NCBI GenBank assembly: GCA_963711835.1
Contig: CAVQFQ010000019.1
Location: forward strand, 1 to 64,000
Length of the DNA: 64,000 bases
Origin: an uncultured delta proteobacterium
GTDB lineage: Bacteria; Desulfobacterota; RBG-13-43-22
Reading direction: 5' to 3'
In this document: positions 44,623 through 54,696 of the stretch, piece after piece
How positions within the stretch are numbered: the stretch's first letter is position 1
Layout of the letters: every line of letters begins with the position of its first letter
Position numbers and translations under genes: made by a program
The notes under the pieces: model-generated
The model's input: the letters and a program-made list of their open reading frames with translations, nothing else
The model's database searches: none
Told to the model about the DNA's origin: nothing

Positions 44623-46290
44623 ATGGAGCTTCGAGCCTTAAAAGATCTTATGGATGTCTTGCCCCACCAGGTCGGGGTTTATCTGATGAAGGATCAGCAC
44701 GACCGGATTCTTTATGTCGGAAAGGCCAAAGACCTGAAAAAAAGGGTCCTTTCCTATCTGAAGGCGGAACGTCCCAAGGTCTCTTCTCTTTTGGAACGGG
44801 TGGAAAAACTGGATTTTCTTCTCACCGCGAATGAAAAAGAGGCCCTGATCCTTGAGAGTAATCTCATCAAAAAGCATCTCCCCCGCTACAATGTTGTCCT
44901 GAGAGACGACAAACAATATCCCTCCCTGCGGGTGAGTCTGGATGAGGCCTTCCCCAGGCTGCAGATGGTCCGCCGGATCAAGAAGGACAAGGCCTTTTAT
45001 TTCGGTCCGTTTTCTTCAGCCCGGAAAATGAAGGAAACCACGACCTACCTTCAAAAAATATTTCCTCTCCGGTTATGCCGTCAAAAAGAAATTCCCCAAC
45101 GTTCCCGGCCCTGCCTCTACTACCAGACCGGTAAATGCCCGGCTCCCTGTCATGGGAAAATCCAACCCGAGGAATACCGCCGGCGGGTCAAAGAAATCAT
45201 CTGGTTTTTTGAAGGCCGGAATCAAGAACTGTTAAAAAACCTCAAGAGGCAAATGAAAGAGGCTTCGGCGGAATGGGCCTTTGAAAAGGCGGCCCTTTTG
45301 CGGGACCGTATCCGGGCTATCTCCGAAACCTTAAAGGAGCAGAAGATCGTTTCCCCCCGATTTATTGATGTGGACGTCATCGCCCTCTTCCAGGAAGGGG
45401 AGTCGATCCGGGCCGGCATACTATTCGTCCGACTGGGTTCGGTGACGGGTTTAAGCCGTTTCCGGTTTAAAGACTTGAACCTTTCTCCTTCCGAGGTGCT
45501 GACCGGGCTGATTCAACAATACTATCGGGGAGGGAAATATATTCCGCCGCGGATTCTGATGCCCTTTCCGATTGAAGATCGATCCCTCCTGGAGGAGGTC
45601 CTTTCGGATCTGAAAGGGCAGAAGGTCACCTTAATGGTCCCGGTTCGGGGGGAGGGACGGCGCTGGATGGCCATGGCCGAGGAAAATATTCGCTTGGTCC
45701 AGGAGAATAAGGAACCCTCCCAGGACTATGTCGAGAAGGTAGCCAAGCCCTTGCAAAGCCGATTGGGCTTAAAACGCCTTCCCTATTCCGTTGGGGCCTT
45801 GGATATCTCCAATATTCAAGGAGAGTCGGCAGTCGGATCGTGGGTGGTCTTTAAACAGGGCCACTCGGACAAATCCGGTTACCGTCGCTTCAGGATTCGG
45901 TCTGGCGACCAACCCAATGATTATGCTATGATGGAAGAAGTGATCGCACGGTTGTTCCGGAGGGAAGCTCCTTGGCCGGACTTGGTGCTGATAGACGGAG
46001 GCAAGGGACAACTCAATATTTTGACTACATTCATCGGCCGGTTGCCTGAGGATCAGAGACCCGATGCGCTGGCCCTGGCCAAAAAAACCTTTTTACCCGA
46101 GGGCGGCAAGGACGGCATTTACCTCCCGAATCGGAAAAATCCACTGCGCCTGTCTTCCGATTCTCCCCTGCTGCATTATCTGGAAAAGGTCCGAGATGAG
46201 GCCCATCGATTTGCCCTGAGTTACCATCATAAACTCCGGGAAAAAAGGCTTCGGCCTGAAAAACAAAAGGCCTCGCCTCGGGTCGACTGA
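44623..46290 (+). CDS. uvrC: Excinuclease ABC subunit C (no C-terminal HhH visible)
   Basis: GVYLM..LYVGKAKDLKKRV GIY-YIG, FEKAA.LRD, DISN, LIDGGKGQL and RDEAHRFA. Confidence 0.95.
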   Translation: MELRALKDLMDVLPHQVGVYLMKDQHDRILYVGKAKDLKKRVLSYLKAERPKVSSLLERVEKLDFLLTANEKEALILESNLIKKHLPRYNVVLRDDKQYPSLRVSLDEAFPRLQMVRRIKKDKAFYFGPFSSARKMKETTTYLQKIFPLRLCRQKEIPQRSRPCLYYQTGKCPAPCHGKIQPEEYRRRVKEIIWFFEGRNQELLKNLKRQMKEASAEWAFEKAALLRDRIRAISETLKEQKIVSPRFIDVDVIALFQEGESIRAGILFVRLGSVTGLSRFRFKDLNLSPSEVLTGLIQQYYRGGKYIPPRILMPFPIEDRSLLEEVLSDLKGQKVTLMVPVRGEGRRWMAMAEENIRLVQENKEPSQDYVEKVAKPLQSRLGLKRLPYSVGALDISNIQGESAVGSWVVFKQGHSDKSGYRRFRIRSGDQPNDYAMMEEVIARLFRREAPWPDLVLIDGGKGQLNILTTFIGRLPEDQRPDALALAKKTFLPEGGKDGIYLPNRKNPLRLSSDSPLLHYLEKVRDEAHRFALSYHHKLREKRLRPEKQKASPRVD

Positions 46291-46304
46291 TCCTATTTTG
46301 AATG

Positions 46305-46333
46305 TTGACAGCCCTCAAATTTATCACTAAGAT
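46305..46333 (+). promoter_or_regulatory. Sigma70 promoter for tatBC
   Basis: TTGACA-N17-TAAGAT. Confidence 0.55.
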
Positions 46334-46436
46334 TAAATAATTAAGCGCGTCCGGAAAAGATGTTTTTGGATAGTTGCTGTCAGCGCCCCGCTTTCAGCCC
46401 TACCCCTGGTCGCGGGCAGTTATTTGGAGGCTTTTC

Positions 46437-46766
46437 ATGTTTGGTATCGGTATGCCGGAATTCTTGTTGATTCTGGTGGTAGCCCTGGTGGTCCTGGGGC
46501 CAAAAAAATTGCCTGAACTGGCTCGTTCCATAGGCCGGGGACTGGCTGAATTCAAAAAGTCAGCCGAAGGTCTAAAGCAAAATTTCAATCTTGATGAAGA
46601 CTTAAAGGATGTCCAAAAGGATCTAAAAGATGTGGTGGATCCCCAATCCTACCTGGGGCTTTCCGACCCCACGCCTGCCCCATCCGAAGCAAGCGAGCCG
46701 GAGACCGACACGGCTTCCCCCTCCGACAAACCCGATCTCTCTTCTCTGAAAACCTCTGATGTCTGA
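46437..46766 (+). CDS. tatB: Twin-arginine translocase TatB/TatA family subunit
   Basis: MFGIGMPE..ALVVLGPKKLPELARSIG; directly upstream of tatC. Confidence 0.88.
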   Translation: MFGIGMPEFLLILVVALVVLGPKKLPELARSIGRGLAEFKKSAEGLKQNFNLDEDLKDVQKDLKDVVDPQSYLGLSDPTPAPSEASEPETDTASPSDKPDLSSLKTSDV

Positions 46767-47508
46767 AGTAAAGATGCCCTTTACCGCTCACCTGGCGGAA
46801 CTCAGGAAGCGGTTGATCATTTCTTTTACGGCTGTGGGCATAGGCTTTGCCCTGGCCTACGGTTTTTCCGCGCAACTTTTTGAGTGGCTGGTAAGCCCCC
46901 TGATCGGGGTCCTGCCTCCCGGGGACAAACTGGTTTTTACGGCCCTGCCGGAAGCCTTTTTCATTTACCTCAAAGTAAGCCTGATCGCCGGCATTGTCTT
47001 GGCTTCTCCTGTTATTTTCCATCAACTCTGGATGTTCATCGCCCCGGGTTTATATCATAAGGAGAAGCGTTTTGTCCTGCCTTTTGTCATTATCTCCTCT
47101 CTCCTTTTTATCGGAGGGGCCTTGTTCGGTTATTACGTGGTTTTTCCGGTGGGCTTCCGCTTCCTGGTCGGGTTTTCAACGGAAAATATCCGGGCCTTGC
47201 CTTCTTTACAGATGTATCTGTCCTTTTGCCTGAAATTACTGTTGGGTTTCGGGTTGGTTTTTGAATTCCCGGTCTTGGCTTACTTTTTGGGACGGATCGG
47301 CATTCTCAATTCCACAATGATGGCCAAAAACCGCCGGATCGCCATCCTGCTTATTTTTATCATAGCGGCGGTCGTCACTCCGCCCGATGTGGTTTCCCAG
47401 ATTCTTCTGGCCATTCCCCTTTATTTATTGTACGAAGTGAGCATCCTGATCGTTAAATTTACCGGCAAGAAAAAAAAGGAAGAAGAAACGGAGGATGAAA
47501 AAACCTAA
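46759..47508 (+). CDS. tatC: Twin-arginine translocase TatC
   Basis: HLAELRKRL, FIAPGLY..E, FEFP, TPPD and LYE. Confidence 0.96.
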   Translation: MSEVKMPFTAHLAELRKRLIISFTAVGIGFALAYGFSAQLFEWLVSPLIGVLPPGDKLVFTALPEAFFIYLKVSLIAGIVLASPVIFHQLWMFIAPGLYHKEKRFVLPFVIISSLLFIGGALFGYYVVFPVGFRFLVGFSTENIRALPSLQMYLSFCLKLLLGFGLVFEFPVLAYFLGRIGILNSTMMAKNRRIAILLIFIIAAVVTPPDVVSQILLAIPLYLLYEVSILIVKFTGKKKKEEETEDEKT

Positions 47509-47576
47509 TTCCGGCTTCACCCTTTTTTAAGGCAAGGCGGCAACCTGATCCTGAAGACCTTTACCTCGATGTTGCA

Positions 47577-47674
47577 AAAGTTTCGGAAGTTGCAGATCCG
47601 AGGCGTCCAGGGCGAAGCTGTATATGCATACCGCGAGCCCTGGACAACAAAGGAGATGCGGCTTCCCAGACTTT
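47577..47674. repeat. Long imperfect intergenic palindrome (MITE/REP-like)
   Basis: AAAGT..GGAAGTTGCA..TCC..GTCCAGGGC..GC.GTAT / ATAC.GC..GCCCTGGAC..GGA..TGCGGCTTCC..ACTTT nested complementary blocks. Confidence 0.6.
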
Positions 47675-47838
47675 CCCGAAGGGTAAAAATTGATCGATAC
47701 TTTTTAGGCTGCTAAACCTCACCTGGGGTGAATTTTAGTCTCAACTCTAAAATCGTTAGAACGCACTGTTTAATTGATGAAAAACCCTTTATCGATCAAT
47801 TTTTATGCAACTTCGAGGTTTATTAAGGAGAGACAGCC

Positions 47839-48294
47839 ATGGCTAAATCCAATTTACGTGCGGTCCTGTTTTCCTTGGTGCTCGCAGTGGTCATTTTTAA
47901 CCCGGTACCGGTATCGGGGGCGGACTGGAAGTTTTGTACGGAAAATGCTTTTTTAAAGGTCTATTATGACGGCGAAAGCCTCGCTCGTTTTCCCGAGGAT
48001 TTCGTAAAAATATGGGTCAAATACGGAGCCAAAGGGAAGAAGGGGATTGATTTCTGGATCCACCTTCGGAAGCTGGATAAGCTTCCCACCGAGGGGTATA
48101 AACATTTTGCCTACCATGTGGCCTTGTATGAAATCAGTTGCCAGGGAAAGGAGTATCAGCGCATCTCCGGTATTGATTACGACCGGGAGAAGCGCATGTT
48201 GAATTCCTTCCCTCCCTCGCCCTGGGAACCGATTTTCCCCGAATCCATGCTGGAGGCCTTGTATAAAAGCGCCTGCCTTAACTTAAAAAAGTAA
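47839..48294 (+). CDS. Exported hypothetical protein (surface-adhesin E-like)
   Basis: AAGGAG RBS, signal peptide, ADW..YYD..S..VKIWVK..YEISC..WEPIFPES..C pattern. Confidence 0.6.
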   Translation: MAKSNLRAVLFSLVLAVVIFNPVPVSGADWKFCTENAFLKVYYDGESLARFPEDFVKIWVKYGAKGKKGIDFWIHLRKLDKLPTEGYKHFAYHVALYEISCQGKEYQRISGIDYDREKRMLNSFPPSPWEPIFPESMLEALYKSACLNLKK

Positions 48295-48952
48295 AGGCCT
48301 GCCCATCGAAATGCCCGAAAATGGCCGGGGGTTTTATGGCCCTTACGGTCCCTGAGGGGATGCCGGGCAGGTAAAGGTTTTTTTGAATTTCCTCTCCCCA
48401 GGCCCGGTAGCCGGCGCTATTTAAGTGCAGCCCGTCAGAAGTGAAAGAAGCGTTTAATTGATTATGGGATGACAGACGCTTGTTTAAATCAAGAAAAGGA
48501 AGTTTCTGCTCTCGGGCATAACGACGCAGTTTATGGTTCAAATTTGCGACGGTTTCGTTCCTCTGATCATCACCGGCCAGGAAAAGAGTGGATTGGATGA
48601 CCGGTTTGATCCGGTGGGCGAGGAGCCCCTGGATGATACGCCGGTAGTTTGAAAAGACCGCCGCCGCCTCCCGACCTTTCAACATATCGTTAATCCCGAT
48701 CATGACCAAAGCCATTTGAGGCTTGAGCCGATATATTTCCTCCATCCTTTCCAGGACATCATTAGTGGTGTCACCGGCCCTTCCTTTATTGGCCACGTCC
48801 TTGCGATTGAGCAGGATCGGCCAATCCCCCCAGGCCGTTAGGGAATCCCCGATCATAACGAGAGTCGTATTTTCGGAATCCGCTTTTCCGCAGGCCAAAA
48901 AAAGGAAGAAAAAAAGAAGCGTGAAGGCGGTTCGGTTTTTTGCTAAGCTCAT
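48278..48952 (-). CDS. SGNH/GDSL hydrolase, putative lipoprotein
   Basis: GDSLT, NKGRAGD, GIND and DGLHLN blocks; FLAC lipobox. Confidence 0.9.
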   Translation of the reverse strand: MSLAKNRTAFTLLFFFLFLACGKADSENTTLVMIGDSLTAWGDWPILLNRKDVANKGRAGDTTNDVLERMEEIYRLKPQMALVMIGINDMLKGREAAAVFSNYRRIIQGLLAHRIKPVIQSTLFLAGDDQRNETVANLNHKLRRYAREQKLPFLDLNKRLSSHNQLNASFTSDGLHLNSAGYRAWGEEIQKNLYLPGIPSGTVRAIKPPAIFGHFDGQAFTFLS

Positions 48953-49058
48953 CTTCCCATAAACCTTGTCATCAGGTAAAATAATTTGGATTGAACCCCA
49001 ATAGTAGCCAAAGGTTTTTTTGAAAGAAACCTTTTTCTTTGTTGAGTATTAAAGTCGG

Positions 49059-49694
49059 ATGAAAGGGAAGGGAAAAGATATGGGAAAGATGATTGAAGAT
49101 CCGGAAGGGTATTTCAGACAATTTATTCCCTCTCGTGACGAAATTCTCCTGACCCTGGAAGAGGAAGCGGAGAGAGAGAAGATACCCATCATCGGGCCGG
49201 TTATGGGGCAACTCCTGACTATCTTAGTGCGGGCGGTCAAGGCTCGAAAGGTTCTGGAATTGGGCACGGCCATCGGATACTCGGCGATTTACCTGGCCCG
49301 CGGCTTTGGTTCCTTTGAAGGCCGATTGATTTCGTTGGAAAAGGATCCCGATCTGGCCGAGAGGGCCCGTTGCAACCTTAAAAAGGCCGGGATTGAAAAA
49401 GGAGTCGAGATCAGGGTAGGGGAGGCCCTCCGACTTATGGCGTCCCTGGAAGATGACTTTGATTTTATTTTTATGGACATCGACAAAGAGGGCTATCTAA
49501 GCCTCCTGCCGGAGTGCCGCCGTTTGCTCCGGGCCGGCGGCCTTCTGGTGACGGACAATGTGGCTTTTACGGCCTCCCAAGAATTTAATCAGGAAATCTT
49601 TTGTCAGAGTCAGTGGCAGACCCTGCATCTGCTGTCGTTTCTGCCCGGCCATTCCCCGGAACGGGATGGCTGGTCTCTGGCCCTGCGCCTCTAA
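49059..49694 (+). CDS. O-methyltransferase (YrrM/caffeoyl-CoA OMT-like)
   Basis: VLELGTAIGYS, FDFIFMDIDK and GGLLVTDN. Confidence 0.9.
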   Translation: MKGKGKDMGKMIEDPEGYFRQFIPSRDEILLTLEEEAEREKIPIIGPVMGQLLTILVRAVKARKVLELGTAIGYSAIYLARGFGSFEGRLISLEKDPDLAERARCNLKKAGIEKGVEIRVGEALRLMASLEDDFDFIFMDIDKEGYLSLLPECRRLLRAGGLLVTDNVAFTASQEFNQEIFCQSQWQTLHLLSFLPGHSPERDGWSLALRL

Positions 49695-49730
49695 CCTCGA
49701 AGTTGCATAAAACCGGTAAAAGGTTTGAAT

Positions 49731-49764
49731 AAAAAACCCCGGCCCTTTTGAAGGACCGGGGTTT
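49731..49764. terminator. Intrinsic terminator after dnaK (between convergent genes)
   Basis: AAAAAACCCCGG-CCCTTTTGAAGGA-CCGGGGTTT. Confidence 0.7.
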
Positions 49765-49784
49765 GAAAGGTCAGGGTTGGGTTG

Positions 49785-51698
49785 TTATTTTACTTCTTCA
49801 AAATCCGCATCCACTACGTCGTCGTCGGGTTTGCGGCCGCCGGAGGGGCCGGCCCCTTCCTGAGTACCGGCACCGGGACCGCCCGCCTGCTGGGATGCCT
49901 GGGAATATATTTTTTCCGCCAGCTTGTGGGAGGTGCCGGTCAGTTCCTCGGTGAGCCGTTTGATCTCATCGGCGTCGTTTCCCTCCATGGCCTTCTTTAG
50001 ACGTTCGACCGCCGAATCGATATCGGACTTAAGGGTGCCCTCAACCTTGTCGCCCAGGTCCTTTACCGTCTTTTCCGTAGTATAGATTAGGGTGTCGGCA
50101 TGGTTGCGGGCCTCGGCCAGTTCCTTCTTCTTCCGATCTTCCTCGGCATGCATTTCAGCGTCTTTGACCAGCCGCTTGATCTCCTCCTCATTCAGCCCGC
50201 TGGAAGCGGTGATCTTGATGGACTGTTCCTTCCCGGTCCCCAGGTCCTTGGCCGAGACGTGAACAATGCCGTTGGCATCGATATCAAAGGTGACCTCGAT
50301 CTGAGGCATGCCCCGGGGGGCGGGAGGAATGCCCGTCAGTTCAAAACGTCCCAGGGTTTTGTTGTCGCCGGCCATCTCCCGTTCTCCCTGAAGCACATGG
50401 ATCGAAACGGCCGGCTGGTTATCGCCTGCCGTGGAAAAGGTCTGGCTTTTTCGCGTCGGGATAGTGGTGTTTTTCTCAATCAATTTGGTGAAAACTCCGC
50501 CCAGGGTTTCGATTCCAAGAGACAGAGGGGTCACATCCAGCAGCAGGACATCTTTGACCTCCCCCTTCAAAACCCCGGCTTGAATGGCCGCGCCGATGGC
50601 CACCACCTCATCCGGGTTGACTCCTTTATGGGGTTCCTTGCCGAAAAGATCCCGAACCTTTTGCTGGACCTTGGGCATACGGGTCATGCCGCCCACCAAG
50701 ATGACTTCATTGATCTGATCGGGAACCAACCCGGAGTCTTTTAAGGCGGTCCGACAGGGACCTTCAACCTTGTTGATCAACTCCTCCACCAACATTTCCA
50801 GCTTGGCCCGGGTCAGCTTGATATTCAAATGTTTGGGGCCGCTGGCATCGGCGGTGATGAAGGGCAGGTTGATGTCCGTTTCCATGGAGGTGGAAAGTTC
50901 CATCTTGGCCTTTTCGGCAGCCTCCTTCAGACGCTGGAGGGCCATCTTGTCGTTCCTCAAATCAATCCCCTGATCCTTGCGGAATTCAGCGGCTAAATAT
51001 TCGATGACCCTCAGATCGAAATCTTCTCCTCCCAGGTGGGTGTCCCCATTGGTCGATTTGACTTCAAAGACGCCCTCCCCAATCTCAAGGATGGAGATAT
51101 CGAAGGTACCGCCGCCCAAGTCAAAGACGGCTATCTTTTCGTCCTTCTTTTTGTCCAGGCCGTAAGCCAGGGCAGCGGCCGTAGGTTCATTGATAATCCG
51201 CAGGACGTTCAATCCGGAAACCCGGCCGGCATCTTTGGTGGCCTGGCGCTGGCTGTCGTTAAAATAGGCCGGTACGGTAACCACCGCGTCGGTCACTTTT
51301 TCCCCCAGATACTCTTCGGCGGTCTGTTTCATCTTAGTCAAGACCATGGCCGATATCTCCGCCGGGCTGTATTCCTTGCCCCGGATTTCTATATGGGCAT
51401 CCCCGTTAGGGGCTTTGACTATCTTATAAGGTAAAATTTTTATGTCATCCTGGACTTCACGGGAATCAAATTTCCTCCCGATCAGTCTTTTGACGGCATA
51501 TACCGTGTGGGTCGGGTTGGTGATAGCCTGCCGTTTGGCCACCTGGCCGACCAACCGTTCATTGTTTTCGGTAACGGATACCACGGAAGGGGTGGTACGG
51601 CTTCCTTCCACGTTGGCGATTACTTTTGGGTCTCCTCCCTCCATGATGGCTACACAGGAGTTGGTAGTACCCAGGTCAATTCCAATGATCTTACTCAT
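49785..51698 (-). CDS. dnaK: Chaperone DnaK
   Basis: [27 protein letters not shown] and GVNPDE. Confidence 0.99.
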   Translation of the reverse strand: MSKIIGIDLGTTNSCVAIMEGGDPKVIANVEGSRTTPSVVSVTENNERLVGQVAKRQAITNPTHTVYAVKRLIGRKFDSREVQDDIKILPYKIVKAPNGDAHIEIRGKEYSPAEISAMVLTKMKQTAEEYLGEKVTDAVVTVPAYFNDSQRQATKDAGRVSGLNVLRIINEPTAAALAYGLDKKKDEKIAVFDLGGGTFDISILEIGEGVFEVKSTNGDTHLGGEDFDLRVIEYLAAEFRKDQGIDLRNDKMALQRLKEAAEKAKMELSTSMETDINLPFITADASGPKHLNIKLTRAKLEMLVEELINKVEGPCRTALKDSGLVPDQINEVILVGGMTRMPKVQQKVRDLFGKEPHKGVNPDEVVAIGAAIQAGVLKGEVKDVLLLDVTPLSLGIETLGGVFTKLIEKNTTIPTRKSQTFSTAGDNQPAVSIHVLQGEREMAGDNKTLGRFELTGIPPAPRGMPQIEVTFDIDANGIVHVSAKDLGTGKEQSIKITASSGLNEEEIKRLVKDAEMHAEEDRKKKELAEARNHADTLIYTTEKTVKDLGDKVEGTLKSDIDSAVERLKKAMEGNDADEIKRLTEELTGTSHKLAEKIYSQASQQAGGPGAGTQEGAGPSGGRKPDDDVVDADFEEVK

Positions 51699-51744
51699 TT
51701 TCTCCTCCTTTATCTATTCAGCAAATGGTAGTCGAAGCCGGGGC

Positions 51745-52332
51745 TTAAGCCGTTCCGGCTTCGGATTCTTCTTCAGCAGTTAACTCGGGACTTTTGGAAA
51801 CCACGACCATGGCCGGCCGCACCAGACGGTTGTGCAACTGGTAACCCCTCTGGATTTGCGTCAGAACCAGGCCGGGCGGCTGATCGGCATCCTGTTGAAC
51901 CATAACGGCTTCATGCAGATTGGGATCAAATTCAGCGCCCTGGGCCTCAATCGGTTTGACTCCGAATTTTTCCAGGACGCTCAGAAACCCTTTATAAGTC
52001 AATTCGACTCCTTCCAGCAGGGTTTTGATATCTTCCGTTTCGCGTCCGTGATCGATGGCCCGATCCAGGTTGTCCAAAACCGGGATCAAGTCTTTTACTA
52101 AACTTTCATTGGCAAATTTGCCGGTCTCAATTTTTTCCTTTTCGGCCCTCTTCTTGAAATTTTCGAATTCGGCCGAGACCCTCAGGTATTTATCATAATT
52201 TTCCCCGGCTTCTTTAACTTTTTCCTGAAGCCGGGCTTCCGAGTCTTCTTCTTTGGCTTTATTGGGATGGTCTTCCTTCGGCCTGACTTCCTCAGGCTGG
52301 TCCGAATCATCCCTGATCTTAATTTTGTTCAA
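51745..52332 (-). CDS. grpE: Nucleotide exchange factor GrpE
   Basis: AEFENFKKR, FDPNLHEA and GYQLHNRLVRPAMVVV. Confidence 0.96.
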   Translation of the reverse strand: MNKIKIRDDSDQPEEVRPKEDHPNKAKEEDSEARLQEKVKEAGENYDKYLRVSAEFENFKKRAEKEKIETGKFANESLVKDLIPVLDNLDRAIDHGRETEDIKTLLEGVELTYKGFLSVLEKFGVKPIEAQGAEFDPNLHEAVMVQQDADQPPGLVLTQIQRGYQLHNRLVRPAMVVVSKSPELTAEEESEAGTA

Positions 52333-52383
52333 CCTTTTCTCCTTTGCTGGCCCGGATCCCGGCGCTGCCCGTTGGCTGCAAGG

Positions 52384-53421
52384 TTAAATCTTTTTTTCCA
52401 GGATCTGGCTGACCAGCTTAGCCGTATAATCCACGATCGGGATGACCCGGTCGTAGTTCATTCGGGTGGGCCCGATGACGCCCAGGGTTCCGATGGGATA
52501 ATTTTCTTTGGTATAAGAGGCCGTAATCACACTGCAGCCCCCCATTTCACTGATCTGGGTCTCGGATCCGATAAAGATCTGAATCCCGATGGCACGGATA
52601 CTTTTTTCCAGCAGCCGGACCAGGATGCTTTTTTCTTCAAAGGCCTTGAAGAGATCTCTCAAGGTTTCCATCCGGCTGAATTCCGGGTATTGCATCAGGT
52701 TGGTCTGGCCTTCGATATAGACCTCGCCCTCGACCTCATCTCCCAGGGCCTGGTTGGATATTTTTAAGGCCTTGGAAAGCAAGGTGTCGAACTGGATCTT
52801 GTCCTTTTTCATTTCTTCCAGGATTTTTAGTTTGACTTGATCCAGAGTCAGGTTGCTGAGCAGTTCATTCAGGTATTGGGTCAAATGGTCCAACTCGTTC
52901 TGAGAAAGACTTTCCTCGATCTCGATCAGTTTATTTTGCACCAATCCGGCCTGGGTAACCAGGACGACCAGGAGCAGGGCATCCCGTAACATGATAAATT
53001 CGATATGCTTAAAAATGGTCGCGGAAGATTTCGGTTTGGAAACCACGGCCGCCTGTTCGGTAATGACCGCCAGCATCTTCGAGGTGGTTTTCAGCAACTC
53101 GTCAACCTCCTGACCGCTGTCCTTCAGGTAGCCTTGGATCCTCCTCTTTTCAACCTCGGCCAGGGGGCGGAGTTCCAGGATTGAGTTTACATAGAAACGC
53201 AATCCGGTCTCAGTCGGGACCCTTCCGGCCGAGATGTGGGGCTGGCTGATCAGACCCATATCCTCCAGGTCGGCCATGATGTTTCGAATGGTGGCCGGGC
53301 TGAGACGCAAATGGCTCTTTTTGGAAACGGACCGCGACCCCACCGGTTCGGCGGTTTCTATGTAATCTTGAATGATGGCGTCCAGTATGGACCGCCCTCT
53401 TTCATTCAGTACGATGGCCAT
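52384..53421 (-). CDS. hrcA: Heat-inducible transcription repressor HrcA
   Basis: EPVGS, SPATIRN.MADLE, SAGRVPT and GVIGPTRMNY. Confidence 0.97.
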   Translation of the reverse strand: MAIVLNERGRSILDAIIQDYIETAEPVGSRSVSKKSHLRLSPATIRNIMADLEDMGLISQPHISAGRVPTETGLRFYVNSILELRPLAEVEKRRIQGYLKDSGQEVDELLKTTSKMLAVITEQAAVVSKPKSSATIFKHIEFIMLRDALLLVVLVTQAGLVQNKLIEIEESLSQNELDHLTQYLNELLSNLTLDQVKLKILEEMKKDKIQFDTLLSKALKISNQALGDEVEGEVYIEGQTNLMQYPEFSRMETLRDLFKAFEEKSILVRLLEKSIRAIGIQIFIGSETQISEMGGCSVITASYTKENYPIGTLGVIGPTRMNYDRVIPIVDYTAKLVSQILEKKI

Positions 53422-53465
53422 ATTAAATCACGTGTCCTTGGCGTTTCTGCCAAAAAGTTATGCTA

Positions 53466-53494
53466 AATCTAATTATAATAGGCATCTTTGTCAA
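53466..53494 (-). promoter_or_regulatory. Sigma70 promoter of the hrcA operon
   Basis: Minus strand TTGACA-N17-TAGATT, followed by TTAGCA (possible degenerate CIRCE half-site). Confidence 0.5.
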
Positions 53495-53588
53495 GCCTTA
53501 AGGCCTTTATTCCGGCCTGCTCAAAAGAAGGCTGGTAAAAAAGGAACTCCATGGTATAATTGAAAAAAATCAAAGGGGAGTCTTGCCC

Positions 53589-54599
53589 ATGAAAGATCTC
53601 GACCTGGCCTGTCCCTCTGGAAAAAAAGACCCTCCCGAGAAGGCAGCGGATGAGTGCCGGCATCCCTCCCTCTACCGGGAGGAGCTTCCCGGAATCGTTG
53701 CCGAGCTGGTTGAAAGCTGTCAGGACCCGGAAACCTTCCACCATCTGAACCTGGTGGGCCTCCCGTCCCGTCAAGCGGTCATAGAGATTGTGGAACGGCT
53801 CAAAAAGGTCCTTTTCCCAGGATACTTTGGCGAAAACGAGGTGGATGGATATAATTTGACCTACCAGATCGGGAATGAAATCAACGCCCTTTTTGAACTT
53901 TTTTCAAGGCAGATAACTTTGAGCATCCGCCATGAATGCCGGCGCTATCAGCAGGTCTGCACCTTGTGTCAGGATAGGGGGCAGCAGGAAGCCATCCATT
54001 TTCTTGAACAATTGCCGGGACTTCGAAAAATTCTGGCCGATGATGTTCGGGCCGCCCTGCAGGGTGATCCAGCGGCCAAGAGCTTTGATGAAATTATCTT
54101 TAGCTATCCGAGCATCCTGGCTATTCTGACTTATAGGGCGGCCCATGAACTTTTTCACCAGGAAGTGCCCTTGATTCCCAGGATGATGACAGAATATGCC
54201 CATAATATCACCGGAATCGATATCCATCCCGGGGCCCACATCGGCCGTCATTTCTTTATTGATCATGGCACCGGAGTAGTGATAGGGGAGACTTGCATCA
54301 TCGGGGATCATGTGCGTCTCTATCAGGGGGTAACCCTGGGGGCCTTAAGCTTGCCCATGGAAGAAAAGGGAGACCTTCTGAGAACCATGAGGCGTCATCC
54401 CACCCTTGAGGATCGGGTGACCATTTACGCCGGGGCTACGATCCTGGGCGGGGATACCGTTATAGGGGCCGGATCCGTTATCGGGGGAAATGTCTGGCTG
54501 ACCCGGTCAGTTCCTCCCGGAACCACGGTCATGATCGAAACTCCTAAACTTCGCTATAAAGAGGAACATAAGGAAGTGACGAGTACGAGTAAAATGTGA
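53589..54599 (+). CDS. cysE: Serine O-acetyltransferase (EpsC/CysE type)
   Basis: GDPAA, TGIDIHPGA, FIDHGTGVVIGET, YQGVTLGA and RHPT. Confidence 0.92.
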   Translation: MKDLDLACPSGKKDPPEKAADECRHPSLYREELPGIVAELVESCQDPETFHHLNLVGLPSRQAVIEIVERLKKVLFPGYFGENEVDGYNLTYQIGNEINALFELFSRQITLSIRHECRRYQQVCTLCQDRGQQEAIHFLEQLPGLRKILADDVRAALQGDPAAKSFDEIIFSYPSILAILTYRAAHELFHQEVPLIPRMMTEYAHNITGIDIHPGAHIGRHFFIDHGTGVVIGETCIIGDHVRLYQGVTLGALSLPMEEKGDLLRTMRRHPTLEDRVTIYAGATILGGDTVIGAGSVIGGNVWLTRSVPPGTTVMIETPKLRYKEEHKEVTSTSKM

Positions 54600-54645
54600 C
54601 GAGTGACGGGTGCCGGGGGAGATGGGCGATGGCTGACAAATTCTA

Positions 54646-54692
54646 TGGATCCAGAAATCCAGTATCCAGTATCCAGTATCCGGCATCCGGTA
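54646..54692 (+). repeat. 7-bp tandem repeat ATCCAG(T)
   Basis: GGATCCAGAAATCCAGTATCCAGTATCCAGTATCCGGCATCCGGT; GTGACGA 7-mers also occur just upstream (54577-54612). Confidence 0.7.
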
Positions 54693-54696
54693 CCGA

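Noticed and set aside
53437-53466. Canonical CIRCE upstream of hrcA
   Set aside because: Only TTAGCA..CGCCAA is present, with spacing 2 nt longer than TTAGCACTC-N9-GAGTGCTAA; too degenerate to call.
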